A stretch of DNA of 58,308 nucleotides, the filler included, from Dirinaria sp. TL-2023a (lineage: Eukaryota): NCBI GenBank assembly GCA_051941275.1. It is 4 parts of 4 records of this genome, joined end to end, with 100 filler letters (N's around TTAATTAATTAA, not from the genome) between each part and the next. Parts side by side here need not be neighbours in the genome. Positions count along the whole stretch, not along the records: positions 1 to 14,540 come from JAVEBF010000599.1; 3 more parts are not named here. One strand, given 5' to 3'. The position numbers and the translations under genes are program-made. Below the pieces are notes generated by a model that saw only the letters and a list, made by a program, of their open reading frames with translations, was not told where the DNA came from and did not search any database. Shown one piece after another: positions 1-12,617 of this stretch. Every line of letters begins with the position of its first letter. Position 1 is the stretch's first letter.

Positions 1-395
1 GAGTTTTGGATATTCTTTTTGCTACTACTATTTGCGTGTTTGAATCAGAAGTAAAAACTGAACTACATTCCTGAACTCGCTACTTATAAGATAACTCGTA
101 AAGTCGGTGCCTGCATATATCATGTCTCCTGACTCTCCCCCTAAGTGAGCCAATTTATTGTTCTAATCGACGAACTAACTAAGGTACTCTAATAAACCAA
201 CCAACAACATCACACTCATATTTCGGCATCCTTGATTCATGTCAGCACCCTGTTCCTAGGTTAGATGATAGGTTTACCCAGGGTCAAGCAAGACCTTGGC
301 AACAATGGTAGTTACCAAAAGACCAACTAAACCAAGTCAGCGACTTGATTGCCTAAGGTACTTATCTTACTACTTGGTGTTCCAAGGTCGTAACA
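1..395 (-). mobile_element. LTR retrotransposon long terminal repeat (partial, runs off window start)
   Basis: Minus strand begins TGTTACGACC at 395 (canonical TG LTR terminus). AT-rich, no ORF, with a TATAAGTA-like box on the minus strand near 80-87. The other end is not visible. Confidence 0.5.
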
Positions 396-800
396 ATTCA
401 ATCTAATTAACACCCCAGCTACCATCCTCTCTTTCATACTGCCACCTTCGCTACGAGAATATAAAGTATCGTTTTAATCTCCTCGGTTCTATTCGCATGT
501 CTCAACGATACCAAGCAAATTTCGTGCCTCACCGTGTATGATGTATGGGGTTCGAGGGTGGTTGAGGGGGGGATAAGCGCGAAAAGAAAAGGAAAAAGAG
601 GGCGGGATGAGGATGATATGAGGATTTTAATGTAAAGGGAATGCTAAGCTGGTGGAATTTAAAGCCAAGGTAGGAGAGTGTGGAATTGCTGATTGAGAGG
701 GATAAGACAAGACAGAGAGGAGAGTGAGAATTGGGATATTGAATTGGAGAATTCCAGTAGTATGACATCTTCACCACCTCCTGAGATTAAACTTTTTTTT

Positions 801-1832
801 TCACCGCGTCACCAGCTTCGTGAGATACAACCACGCCTCCTCCACCGACCCTTGCAACACCGTGCTGACCACAATCCGCTGCGCATGCGTCGGCACGGTT
901 CCCAACTGCAGACTCGAGCACAGCTTGCAATCCGCCCCGCCCCCCGCCATCGGATGCCAGACCTTCTCCCCACTCACAAGCCCCTGCATCTGCGCCTCCA
1001 ACCGTATCTCCCGTGCCAGCACCTCCCGCTTCGTGCCGTCCGGGTTGAGCAGGTTCGCCTCCACACTCAACCGCCGGCGTTTGTTGTTGAATTCCGCCGG
1101 TTTCCAGGGCGCGACGACAACCGCCGTCGCGGGTGGTGGTGGCGGGGTTTTTTCGGCGGGGCGCGAGAGCTGGTTCTGCGCGATGTGCACGAAGTTCTGC
1201 TGGCTGACGCACCAGGCGAGATCGGTGAGGGTGTTGCCTTCGGCGTCGGCTTCGTCGGTGCCCTCGAGCCACGGGTTCGGCACGTCTTCCTGCGTGATGC
1301 AGATCTCGTCCGCGCGGCAGAAGGCCGTGTAGTCGTATTCCGGGCTCGGGTCGGTGAAGTTCCGCTCCGCTGTGAGGTCATTGCAGAAGACCTGCACCGC
1401 GAGCGGGTTGCTGGATGTGTGTTCGGGGTGGATGTCGGGATCGCCGCTGGAGGCGCACCTGGTTATTGGTTGTTAGGTTGAGTTGGAGAGGCCCGCGTTT
1501 TTGAGTCTGCGAGGTTATGGTGGGGAAGTGGGTTTTTGTTTTGCCCTTGGGGAAACGCACCATGAGGAGAAGAAGTGCGATGGAGGGTTGTTGCAGTTGT
1601 TCATTGGGCGTGCACTGGCAGTGCGCTTCTGACGAGAGCGCTGATTGCCTCGAGAACCCTCTGTGGCGAAATCATTGGCGAAATCAATGATGGAGGGGAT
1701 AATTTGAAGATTTTCTCCTTCTCCATGTGTCCATTCGAAAGGTACCGGTTCTATTGAAGAATTAGATAGTCCAGTTGATAGCGCTTGTTGAGAGAGGCAA
1801 AGGATTGAAAGCAGCAATAAGATGGAAATCAT
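801..1832 (-). CDS. Orphan secreted cysteine-containing protein, 2 exons (intron 1459-1560)
   Basis: Signal peptide MISILLLLSILCLSQQALS and a Kex2-like QKR site. Intron GTGCGT...CTAAC...CAG joins ORF 1515-1832 in frame to ORF 801-1397 (FFSSW/CASSG...VQVFCND). Confidence 0.75.
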
Positions 1833-2557
1833 ATGTTCAAATCCGGCATTCGAAAGTCAGAAATTAACCTTTAACTTGAAATAATATCTAAATCCTTCAG
1901 CAGGGACAACTGGGACCACCTGCACGTTTGGACTAAACCGGATGCGCGATGACAACCTGCGGCAAAAACGAAGCGATACGCGAAAAGCGGAACTGGATGT
2001 GATCACATACCTAAATTAGTTCGTCGTTGCTTATATTCAGACTAGTCGAGTATAGATTTTGGCAAATATCCGAAAGTGTAGTATGATAAACATATCCTCT
2101 GTAGTGAAACTTGGTCAAGCATCTCACACACTAAGATTAGATATGCTTAAATACTCCGTAGGTACGGTCACTGATTCGTGTCGCTAGGAAACCATACTAA
2201 GGGACCGGAGCTGACGACTAATAGTTGCTTGGACGTTTCACAAAGCTGGAAGGGATGTGAAAAACCGTGCCTTGAAGGAGCTTTCTTTTCCTAGACGTCG
2301 AGTGATACTAGTCCTGATACTATGTGCGGTTAGAGGAACACTTCGTGCGAAAGCTTTCGGAAGCCGATACGGACTCTCGCTCGTCGACTCCCGTTAGACC
2401 ATCAGGTGAGGCCCAGATACGCTTTGGGCCAGGAAACTCATGGTCTTGCATGGAAAGGCTCGAAGCGTAAAGAAAACTGGACAACAAAGGCGGCACAACA
2501 GAATATGAGACATATGTCATGTGCGTAATTGGTGCTTTTAACACTCTGTATGATGAG

Positions 2558-3834
2558 TCAAGCTGTTCCAGCGATTGTGCAGGTTCGCTCGGTCTGCCCA
2601 AAGCCGAATGTATCCTTCAGCCAGTTTGCACTCACTCCCGTGACGAGGTTGATGTTGGAGTGCCAGCTTGGCTCCTGCTCATTGATTCTTTCCAACTGTC
2701 TTATCAAATAGACGACTCGCTTTTTGCCAAGTCTTCTAAGTAGCATACCATGCATGTGCTTTAAGACTCGAGACCATCTGTCCTTTGGTTCGGACTCTGG
2801 GAGACCATCGACGAGAATCATAACATCCTCAGACAGTCTGCAAAGCCTCCACCCTAGTGCAGGCTCATCTATCGCAGCTCCGATCGGCGGTAGTGGGAGC
2901 TTTGCTGGGCCAGACTCGCCCCCGACGCATCCAAACTCAAAGCCAACGGCAGTCTTGCAAAACATCACAGAAAGCCTCTGCAAAGTGGAGAAAGCTTTGA
3001 TATTCTTTCGTGTCAAGACCGGTAGATTTCGTGACGAAATTTGGATTTGGCATTCCTGTTCATCCGTGAGCAGCAGTAAGTGAAATCTTTTGCTCGGTCA
3101 ACCGAACTTACAGTATGTAAAATGACACGTTCTGTCCGGATGAGCTTGCGCATCAGCTCGATTTGAGATCCCACATCCGCCGAGGCGAGTCTTGCCTTCA
3201 TAAAAATTGCTTCGAACACAGCAATACTCCGAAAAGTAACATAATCCTGTAGTCTAAGGGTGGATTGACCCTTCAACACAGTTGCAATATAGATCAGAGA
3301 GAAAAAGTTGACGAATGGGGTATCCGACCAGATGAATCGGCCAGCTCGGCGAAGTGCCATTAAGGGCAAAGTGTATTTGGCTTGCGCTGCTGCTAGAGAC
3401 GCTATGAAAGTCAAGCCGAATGTACCTGCGACAATCATGTTCAACATGAGGCTCGATAGAAGTAGATTCATCGCCACGCTAGAAGCCAAGGATACTGCAA
3501 GTAACGCTACGCCTGTGTTAGTGAAATAGAGCTCTGCCATTTCCCCATCGATATCGCCTGAGAAGATAGAAGTGTACGCATCCAAGACAGCCGAGGTCTT
3601 AAAAGAAGATGTCACATCCGTTGCTGGAGGGGTTTGCCGATCTTTTCTTCGACGGGTCACCAAACGTCTCATTATCTCAAGCCAATTCAGGGCTTCTTTC
3701 AACATAATTGTTATGCAACTGTGGAGTAACAGCGCTGATGCAAAGTTGATATGCGTCGACCATGGAATTAAAGGCATCCTTTTGCATAGCAGACTCTGTA
3801 TTGGGAACAATACCGGTACCCTGCCAAACTGCAA
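2558..3834 (-). CDS. Hypothetical multi-exon protein with hydrophobic segments; true ends uncertain, possibly decaying
   Basis: Intron 3056-3111 (GTAAGT...GCTCAC...CAG) joins ORF 3013-3834 in frame to ORF 2558-3016 (ILHT/ECQIQ...LTRKNIK). No recognisable family. Confidence 0.45.
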
Positions 3835-4577
3835 GGGAAGCGCTATCGCTTTAAGTGTCTAGGTATACACCTTACAAAATCAGTAAATGGTATACCTGCG
3901 GCTAGCAACACTGTCAGCCTGCAGCTCAGCGAGGCCTAGTAGAAGCAGGCGATGCTGACTACGAGTAGTCGCCTCTACCTGTTCGCCGAGCTTATAAAGC
4001 AAGAGACAGCCACAGAAACGGAGTGGTTGAATTTGTAGAGGGTAGGAGACAGTGATGTCGGTACCAGGAAGCAAAAAGAGACTTCCTAGTGCATGTACAT
4101 GAAGCTGCTAGGTTTGTATCTTTCCTTAAAGGCCTCCTGCCGTGCACCTCGACGAAACCAGAACGAGGCGTTGGGGTTCAATGATAGCCACGCGAAAGGC
4201 CGATCATGGCGGTTGAAGCGGCACAGCACGTCCCACTTTACGCTGCGGCGTCCAATCGAATAGGACTTCAGCCTTGTCTCTTCCTTCATCATCGCCCAAT
4301 AATGAGGTGGTTGGCAGGCTTGATTACTGCGGCAGTGCTTATCTGCATCAGACGTTCGCCTCGCTCGACTCTCGCAAGCTTATATATGTGTCAGCATTAT
4401 CTCTTCAACGGTATAACACGAGATAAATGCATTGAGGCTGGAACACGGAGAACATATGCGTGAGCGTGTGATCCTGGGCGGAAGGAGAGGGCCCACACCC
4501 GTTTGATCACTGCTGAGCCTGTCACATCACCCTTGTTCAGTGTCAATAATTGGTTTTCATCTATCAAATAACTACCC

Positions 4578-4792
4578 TTCGATCTTTTGCCGTCTCAGGA
4601 TTCAATGTAGCCGCTCCTTTCTAGCGCTGGCGAAAGAATGGGATTTCAGCAAAATAACGTTTTCACGAAGTGTCGATGAACCGATTCTTCGTGAAAATCT
4701 CACTGTCGAATCGATGGATCGTTGAGTCTTGAAAGACGGTGGAAAAAGATAACTTTTGCAAATCTCATCCCGAAGCATTTAGTTGAGAAGAA
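4578..4792 (+). repeat. Dispersed repeat, copy A (homologous to the reverse complement of 29907-30124)
   Basis: Aligned by eye, e.g. ggatttcagcaaaataacgttttcacgaag vs ggatttcagcgaaataacgttttcacgaaa. Many differences are transitions and there are in-frame stops. Confidence 0.85.
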
Positions 4793-6133
4793 GATATTGA
4801 TAGCGACAGTAAGTAGTAATAAATGCGCATGTAGGAGAGAGAAAGAATTTTGGATGTCAACGTTTCGCAACACACATGCACAGGCCAAATTAATCGATTG
4901 GAAACCAAACTTCAGAAACGCCTCTAGCTTTTGGCCCCCGGCGGATCTGAGCAACGAACCATTTTTTAATTAGAATGATCAAAGGCCGATTCGAAAGCTT
5001 GGGATCTGTGGATGGTGTAAGCATTCGTCTTAAGTATTGCGACCTCATAAATCATCGGCGTCCTACGCGATGACTGCGACATCTGTACTCGAAATGGACG
5101 AATGCTAGACATGGGATTCTGGGACCCTTTGGCACTTTGCCCTCCGTTATGATTGCCTAATCAGAATTGAGTACTTTTATTGGACTCATCGATAGGATCC
5201 GAGGCCCCTTCTTCAAAGTTCTACGCGCTTGGAAAGACCTGGGGAGAGGCATCTGATGAGAATTTCGAAACGTCTCAACTGGGGCCGGGTGAGCGGAATG
5301 CCATCCTGTGTTTGCCGAAGCAGAGCATGCATCATTGGAAGTTGGTGAAGGCTGATAAAATAAATGTCAGTGGTCCTCTGTTTTACTCTTCAAAGGACTA
5401 AATCGAAGATCATGTGGATAAGTACAGAAAAGCGAACAATTGTGCATACTGGGCACTGAGACATTCTTAGAAGATATACCCAGGTAGTGGGGCGACCAGA
5501 TTACTGGTGAAATGACTTTTGCCTGCCCAATTAAGAGTCAAGAAAAGGACTTGAACAGCTTCTGCCAATTCGAGAGCTTGGATATGTTCAAAGTATTATG
5601 CTCTCCTACTTCAATCTCATGGTGAGCAGCTGTGCCTCTGCATAACCTGTCGTCGGGGCTCAGAACAGTCATGCAAAAGTCGCGTTGGAGAACCCTGTCC
5701 AATATCCATCAAGGACTGACGGCTCGGTGATATGGTAGCAATACCAATATCTTCGATGAGGCTGGCAAAATATGGCAGCTGGTGGCCGTAAAAAATACTT
5801 ATTCAAGCTTGGAACTCGCAGAAATTACTCTTTTGGGTTGTTGGCTAGCCGTGGGCCCGCCTGGGCCGTTGCGGTGGCAGGGCTTCGGCCATTCGACGAT
5901 CGTCGAGCTAAGGTTTCATTGCGTTATTGATTTGAGTGCGGCTGAGATTTTTCTGTATGTAGACGCGTGGGAATAATGTTCCATTATTTATTGAAAGAAT
6001 CATCTCAAGAAGATATAAGATGAAGAAGTCTATGAACCCAGTGTTCTTACGACGTGGAATGCCTGAGGAGAAAAGGTGAGAGTTTGGCAGTGACGAGGAG
6101 GCAAAGACGACGCCACACCGTGGCTCACGCGAA

Positions 6134-7845
6134 ATGGTGGCGCGTCAAGAAACAAATCTGGGTTATGCTGAGGTCACACCCTACTCACACAAGTATCTTC
6201 TGAAAAGACCACGAACGCATGAGCGTCGTGAACTTGCAGACCGCGTCATTAGTCTCCATGGGCGGGAAGGAGAGGAGTCCGCGCATATCGATAATCCACT
6301 GGCCGAGAAGAGTACGTGGTCTTGCTGTTCATAAATGCAATCACTGATACTGCCAGAAAACTTTCGCTGACTCCAATATGAAACAGGGCGATTTGAATTA
6401 TTCATCGATTTGATATGGGTTGGCATCATCGGCAACCTCGCGGAATCCTTTAGCGACGAAGCGTTCGGGCTTGAATCGGAAGACGTAAATGTAAATGCCC
6501 CTTCCATTTTGTAACATCACAGTCTGATCCTACCCAACCCTCTTGTTATCTTTGCATTTGTATCGAGTCTGCGGATGTTTCCATTTGGTCATATCTACAC
6601 TCGTGAAAATTTATAGTGACGCGATCCGTTCTAGGTTGGGCATGCAGTATGGCACTTCATCGTACTCTTCCTCATGGCCTGGCGATTCTGGAAATATCTC
6701 CAAGAATTCATGGCCAAATACGCCACCAATGACATGATCGAGCGGATATTCGTGATTTGGGCTTTGATCCTGGCAATGCTATGGGGCAACAATGCTCCCC
6801 ACCTCTTTGACCGGAAAGCGCAATCCAACCTCACTATTAGCATCTACCTCGTCTGGCGCGGATCTGTCATGCTCTGTGAGGCCTACTACGCGCTTTTTAT
6901 CCGCCACATTCGGAACCGGATAACTTTCCACGCCCTGTTCATCATCCCGTCGCTGCCGCTCTGGATCGCGGCTTACTACTTCGATGTTGAAGTCAAAGCG
7001 GGGCTGGCGTTTGCAGCAGTGAACGTGGAAAACCTGTCACAGATACTCGTTGACACACCGTTCATCACCAATCGCTTTATACATGAGAAGGACCGTGGCG
7101 AGAGATTTGATGTTGAACACTGGGTTGAGCGGATCAACGATTTCTATATCATTATCTTGGGTGAAGGCGTGCTGTCGCTGATCAGAGGCAGTCCGTTGCA
7201 AGAGGGTATTACGAGGCGCGCAGGTGGTGGCGTACTGGCGCTCATCGCGTATTATGTGCTCAGTGGGTTCTACTTCAATGGCGATCAGTCGAAACGATAT
7301 ATCCATGCAGTGCGGAGGACGTGGTGGAGGAATTCTATATGGGGATTGTATCTGCTGCTCTCTCCAATCCAGGTCGGATCAACGACTAACAAAAGAGTAG
7401 CTGCCATAACATCTTATTCGGCGCAACCCTGATCCTTGGTGTCAGCGTGGTCTTCCTGCTCGAGCATCCCATCAATAACGCTATCAAACCGCCTGACAAC
7501 GATATCGCCACCCGTGAGGAAGGAGATCCTGCCGCTCGGCTCTCGCTCGCGATCTACGCCGCGGAATGGACAGTCTCGATATCGCTCGCCCTTGCGTTGT
7601 TCAATCAAACGACTATCGCCCTGCTGAATCGCTCCATGGATCCACCGGGCAGTCTGAAGATCAATAATCGTCTTTTGAGGCTTTTACCCAGGATTCTACT
7701 CGTGCCTATCGTCCTTTGCCTTCCGATTGCAAGGAAACTGTGGGCCCTTACTTATTTGAGCATAGTGTCGAGTTTGCTGATGGTCTGCTTGCCATGGGAA
7801 TGGTGGTCTAGTCTAGATCGCGACGGAGGATTCATGGAGACTTGA
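6134..7845 (+). CDS. Low temperature requirement A (LtrA)-family multi-pass membrane protein, multi-exon
   Basis: Motifs RFELFIDLIWVGIIGNLAE, EHWVERINDFYIIILGEGV and YIHAVRR. Introns at about 6312-6386, 6490-6634 and 7348-7401. Upstream in-frame ATGs (6020-6059) are cut off by TGA at 6077. Confidence 0.8.
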
Positions 7846-8078
7846 TAGAAGAAAGATATTGGTGGTTATGATTGAGGCGCAGCTCCCAATTGTGATCATA
7901 CAGAGCCTCAATGGAAAAGCTAATTGTGGCCGGCAGCTTCTTTTTAGAACAACTTTCTCGATTCACAAGCCAAGGCTGCTATGTACTCATTCGTGAGGCA
8001 GCGAGTATCTCAAGGCGGTTTTTGACTACCTTTGAAATAAGCACGCTTTTAGGTTTGTGACGGGCACTGCTTTGCTTT

Positions 8079-9172
8079 CTATGGAGCAAACGGCCAACCA
8101 AGCACATTCGAGGTCAGTATCAGCGAGCCCTCGATTTCTCCTGCCTTTGCTTTCAACTCGTCCACATCCCAATTCGCCCACACAAATTTTCCTTCGAGGA
8201 ACTTTCCTGCTGGGCTTACGAGCCACACTATGAAGTGCGCCGGTAATTTGACTATAAGCTGAATCAGCATTGTTTTGCGCTAGTGGCTTACCGCAACCAT
8301 TTGGATTTGGATCAGAGGCTCTCCTCTTCTTTCTATCTTCGTGTTTCTCTTGTCAATTTTCAAATGCCAATGAAGTACTCACCATTATCCATTATCGTCT
8401 CTTCCAACTCCATCTTAGCACCTGCTGGCATGTCTGTGGCTACAATTCCAGGGTGTATAGACGCCACAAACATATCTGGATTTTCTGCAGCAACATGTTC
8501 CAGCAACTTCATCTGCGCGATCTTCGAGGCCGAATACGCTGAAGCGCCTTTGGCTAAATCCATGCTAGGAGCAAATTGCGCCATAGATGAAGTGATGCCG
8601 ACAATAGATGCAGAAGCGCGGTGAGTGGGAAGAAAGGCGTGGCAGGTGATGAGCGAACCTTTGACATTTGTCTTGGGGATTGTCAGCAGTGGTCGTTGCA
8701 GAGACCTCGCAATGAGGGATGTTTCTAGGGGGGGAAACGGGGTTTAGTCCAGCACCTCGAAGGTACGCCACCATTCCGTCACACTCGTCTTAGCAACCGG
8801 CTTGGACAGGGGCTGCACCCCAGCATTCAAGACGAGTACGTCCCAAGCGCCGACCTTTGTTGCCGCATTCTGGACGTCGTTTTCATCTGCTATGTCGGCT
8901 ACATGGGTAGTCACTTTCACTTTCGGATATTCGCTCTCGAGAACCGTTTTGGTAGACAGGAGCGTGCTCTGAGTTCGACCCAGAAGAGCGACGTGTCCCG
9001 CGCCTGCGATTGCGAAAGCGCGTGCAATTTCAGCCCCGATGCCTCGGCCGCCTCCTGTTACTACGACTGTTTTGCCTTCGGCAGAGAGTTCTTGGTTTGT
9101 GGGGCTTATGGCTGGGTAGGTATCGTTGTGCCATGTGGCCGTGAGGGAGGGCAAACCACCCGGGGGCTTCAT
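8079..9172 (-). CDS. Short-chain dehydrogenase/reductase, multi-exon
   Basis: [11 protein letters not shown](P)-binding motif, LNAG, catalytic [14 protein letters not shown], and C-terminal [16 protein letters not shown]. Confidence 0.92.
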
Positions 9173-10118
9173 GTTGACAAGCTGAAAAGCTAATAGGTAT
9201 CGGACACCAGTTTCAATCTACGAACAGCGCGATTGCTGAAAGACTTGAACCAATAGCTCAAGTTTCTCACGTTCCACGACGGGATTTCGAGGAGCGCGAT
9301 TGCGGGGCTATATAGCTCGTTGATTCATCATAATGTATGTTGAAGGTTTCGGCAGGCCTAGATCTTCATCCGATGTCTTACAAATATACTTTAGGCACTG
9401 GCATGTACTCGTACCTTACGTACAGTATTGTATGGACCAGATTTTCTCCCAATTGATGATAGGCCCGACGGCCCGACGGGTCCCTCGGGTGCATTCCATC
9501 ATGGAGCATACTAAGTACCTTAGGTAAGGTATGCCAATCGGCACACTAAGGTAAGGTGGATTCAGTCAGTGGCTTCCCGCATTTTCGATATCATTGCCTC
9601 ATGATATCGCTATCTTGTATGCGATCCCACTCTGATGCCTGCGAAATCTATTGATGACTTGCTCGTCGTTGGGTATGGATAATAGCAAATACAAAGAATA
9701 ACGGGGACTACTCAAGCCCTACTCTCGATGACAAGGTCAGACTAGATCGTCTCTAGTCTAGCGATGCTTGCTTTTCGCAATTGACATAGTGAAGCATGAG
9801 TTCCGCATCTGAGGTCACACTTTGTCTGACATTTCGGGACGAGGACCGAGAGAGGGGGCAAAATGATCCACTAATAAAAAAGACTGCCTCAAAAATGGAT
9901 CATCGATGCAGAACTAACTGCTACGCCGCATAAAGCGAACGAGCGACAATAGAAGAACCTGATTAATCAATGCTCTATTGACTCGAACTGCCACTAGGCT
10001 CAGCTTTTTCAAAAGAAAAAAATAAGAAGAAGAAAAAAGGAATAATATCCTTTCGCTCCAGCCATCCAATCAACGCCGAGGATCATTGTTTTCCGACGCA
10101 ACTGCATCCCTTTTTCCC

Positions 10119-10570
10119 TCAGCCTCCTACTGCTGGTCCACCCCAATCGATCACCGGCACGGATGGCCCAACTGCGTGCGGAGCAATTTCACGAAACATA
10201 CCTGGACTGACCGCGATATCATATTTTGCGCAGTCCGTACATGTGTCGCTCACCAAAGCCTTGTGAGTCTGGTGTGTAACCGGGTTGTAGATAGTAACAT
10301 AACTTTGACACTTGGAATTCAATACCGGGTCTTTGCCATTTTGCATTATCTCCGCGGAGAGCGCGACGGCGGGAGAGTTCTATTTCTTCTCAATTAATCA
10401 AGCAATCGTCAATGTCGTGAAATAGCAGAGTTGAAGCTTACGGGCATATAGGGAAAACCACAAGTTTCTGTGGATCCTTGGTCGGCAACTTTTAGGGTGG
10501 ACATACTGCCCTGGTACGCAAGTGTGAGAGGGAGAAGGGAAAGAACTGCGAAGGCGCCAAGCGGCTGCAT
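10119..10570 (-). CDS. Small secreted RlpA-like double-psi beta-barrel (expansin/loosenin-like) protein, 2 exons (intron 10380-10441)
   Basis: Spliced product MQPLGAFAVLSLLPLTLA-YQG...TCGFPYMP/NSPAVALS...NSKCQSYVTI...VSDTCTDCAKYDIAVSPGMF...IDW. An alternative in-frame ATG lies at 10579. Confidence 0.8.
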
Positions 10571-11638
10571 TGTGATCATACTGATTTCGTGAAAAACTTT
10601 GCATTAACAGCAATCGTGGAGGTTGAAGGAAATGTAAAGAAAACCGATTTGATTGTACAACTTATAGGACCGACTGAAATCCAAATAGCTCAAAGCAGGC
10701 TATATTTAGCATTACAGCACCATAACGCCATTGGATTGTGGACTGTGTGGGACTAAGACGTATACGAGCATCCTATTGTCTATACTTGCTTTCATCAGAC
10801 AAAGGGATAAGTAGGTGCCAACCACAAATGGATTCGATCTTTTAGCCGGGATTTCTAGCCTTTGTTGCTTCTTGATAGTGGTCATCCGCCACAAAGGCAC
10901 CAATCACAATTGACCGTGGTCTACAAAGCGAAAAACCTCGATAGGCGTTTCGGCATCAGAGACCCAGGGTCGTAGCTGGTTGAAGGGATTCTACTCCGAG
11001 CCAAAAGTAGTGCCTGACAATGCTAATGAGCTTTTCGAGTCTTTTCATGGTTCGTCTCGATTTTACCTGGAGCTAAAGATCTTTCAGGATCCATCCCAAT
11101 TCCCTGGCCAGCTCGTCCCGCCCCGTCTTACTGCCTGCTGTGCTAAGCTCGGGAATTGTATCGAGTTTATCCACTGGAAATCGTAAGCATTTCTGCGATA
11201 TGAATGGGAAATTTATCTCTGGATAATCGTCGTGCTCATGAGATCAAGAATGCAGGCTGCTGATAGCTATGGAAGTCGAAAATGCCTCAAATTAACAGGC
11301 TACGCGGCCGCCAGGCATCCCAAGCAAAACACTAACTGGCTCTCTTGAGCTTCAAAACGATCTGGTGAAACGATATACTGTACTCCGTGCTCCTCAATGT
11401 GGTATGGAGTCTTGGTCGCGCCAATCTGGAGAGCCTTGAACGATCGCCTATCGCAACTCTCGATGAAGCGCTCGAGGCGGGCGATACAAAATCTCAGGCT
11501 ACGACCCGGATTTGGCAACATTTTTGTACGTACATGATATTGCCCTTTAATCACTGTTTTTTTCTTGTCATTCTGTCAAGCAAAATCCCCTTGGCATTTT
11601 CTGGTGGATTGAGAAGATATTATTCTGTCGCTAGAATA

Positions 11639-12617
11639 ATGCGTCTCTCGTGTTCCTTGTTCAGCTTGAGTTTCCTTCCACTGCTCCTCGCATTCGCAGT
11701 TGCGACACCACTTGGTCTTTCTGTGGGCTCTGAAGTCTCAAGGTATCCTTTTCTACTACATGAGAGCAAAAAATTACGTATGTACTGATTTGAAACGAAT
11801 CAGCCTAAACTCAAGTGGCCTGAGCGTACCAGCAGAATTCAAAGTTAAGCTTTCGGTTGATCCTGGTAAAGCAATTAACGGAAAACTAGTCTGGAGGAAT
11901 ATATATGAAGCTATGTATGAGATCACTGGAGACGATTTGTCAACCCCCTGGTATAATACAGATTGGGAGATTCCCGGTTATTATGTCAGACTCTCCCTGA
12001 AGATCCCACAGCTATCCAAGGCCCCAACGCCAGTCCCCGCTCAGTATCTCGTATGGGCCTTCAATTATGTGGCGGTGTCCATCGGTATCACCAGCAGATA
12101 TAGAAATAGCGAGCTCACCGCTATACTTACATGGAAAGGGAACGAGGTTGGGACAATATTAGTCCGTAGCTCGGCTGCAGTCGGCCGTGCTTTGACCAAG
12201 CCGGTATCCCCTATGAACACAACAAGCATTGCCGGTAACAAAGAGGTGCCTTCTTCGTTCCTGGAATCGCCCGTCAATGCAGATATCGACGTCACTCTCA
12301 GTTACGGAACGAATCCCATCGATGAGAACGTCATTTGGCAGACTGCCATCAAGGCGACTGGTCAAGCGGCAGAAGCCGGGCTTGATACGGTTAGCAAGGC
12401 AATCGTCACGTCTGGGATCAACGGCTGCAAGTGGTCTCTTGTGACGCCCGCCGCGCCAACATTGCGGTATCGTTATTCAAGACAAGCTCTCCGAAGCACA
12501 ATGGCGAAACTTGTGTTGGATAATAAGTTTCAAGAGGTATTCGTTGTCGTAAGCCAGAATCGGCATTTATTGGCCACTGGAGGATTCGGATTGGCAAAGC
12601 AACATGCGGTAGCATAG
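11639..12617 (+). CDS. Orphan secreted protein with two similar beta-rich halves, 2 exons (intron about 11743-11803)
   Basis: Signal peptide MRLSCSLFSLSFLPLLLAFAVA. A GTATCC...CTGAT...CAG intron joins it to the long ORF ending at 12617. N-glycosylation sequons are present. Confidence 0.75.

Noticed and set aside
693..1481. Long plus-strand ORFs (262 and 170 aa)
   Set aside because: Antisense shadows of the GC-rich exon of the secreted-protein gene, with no motifs.
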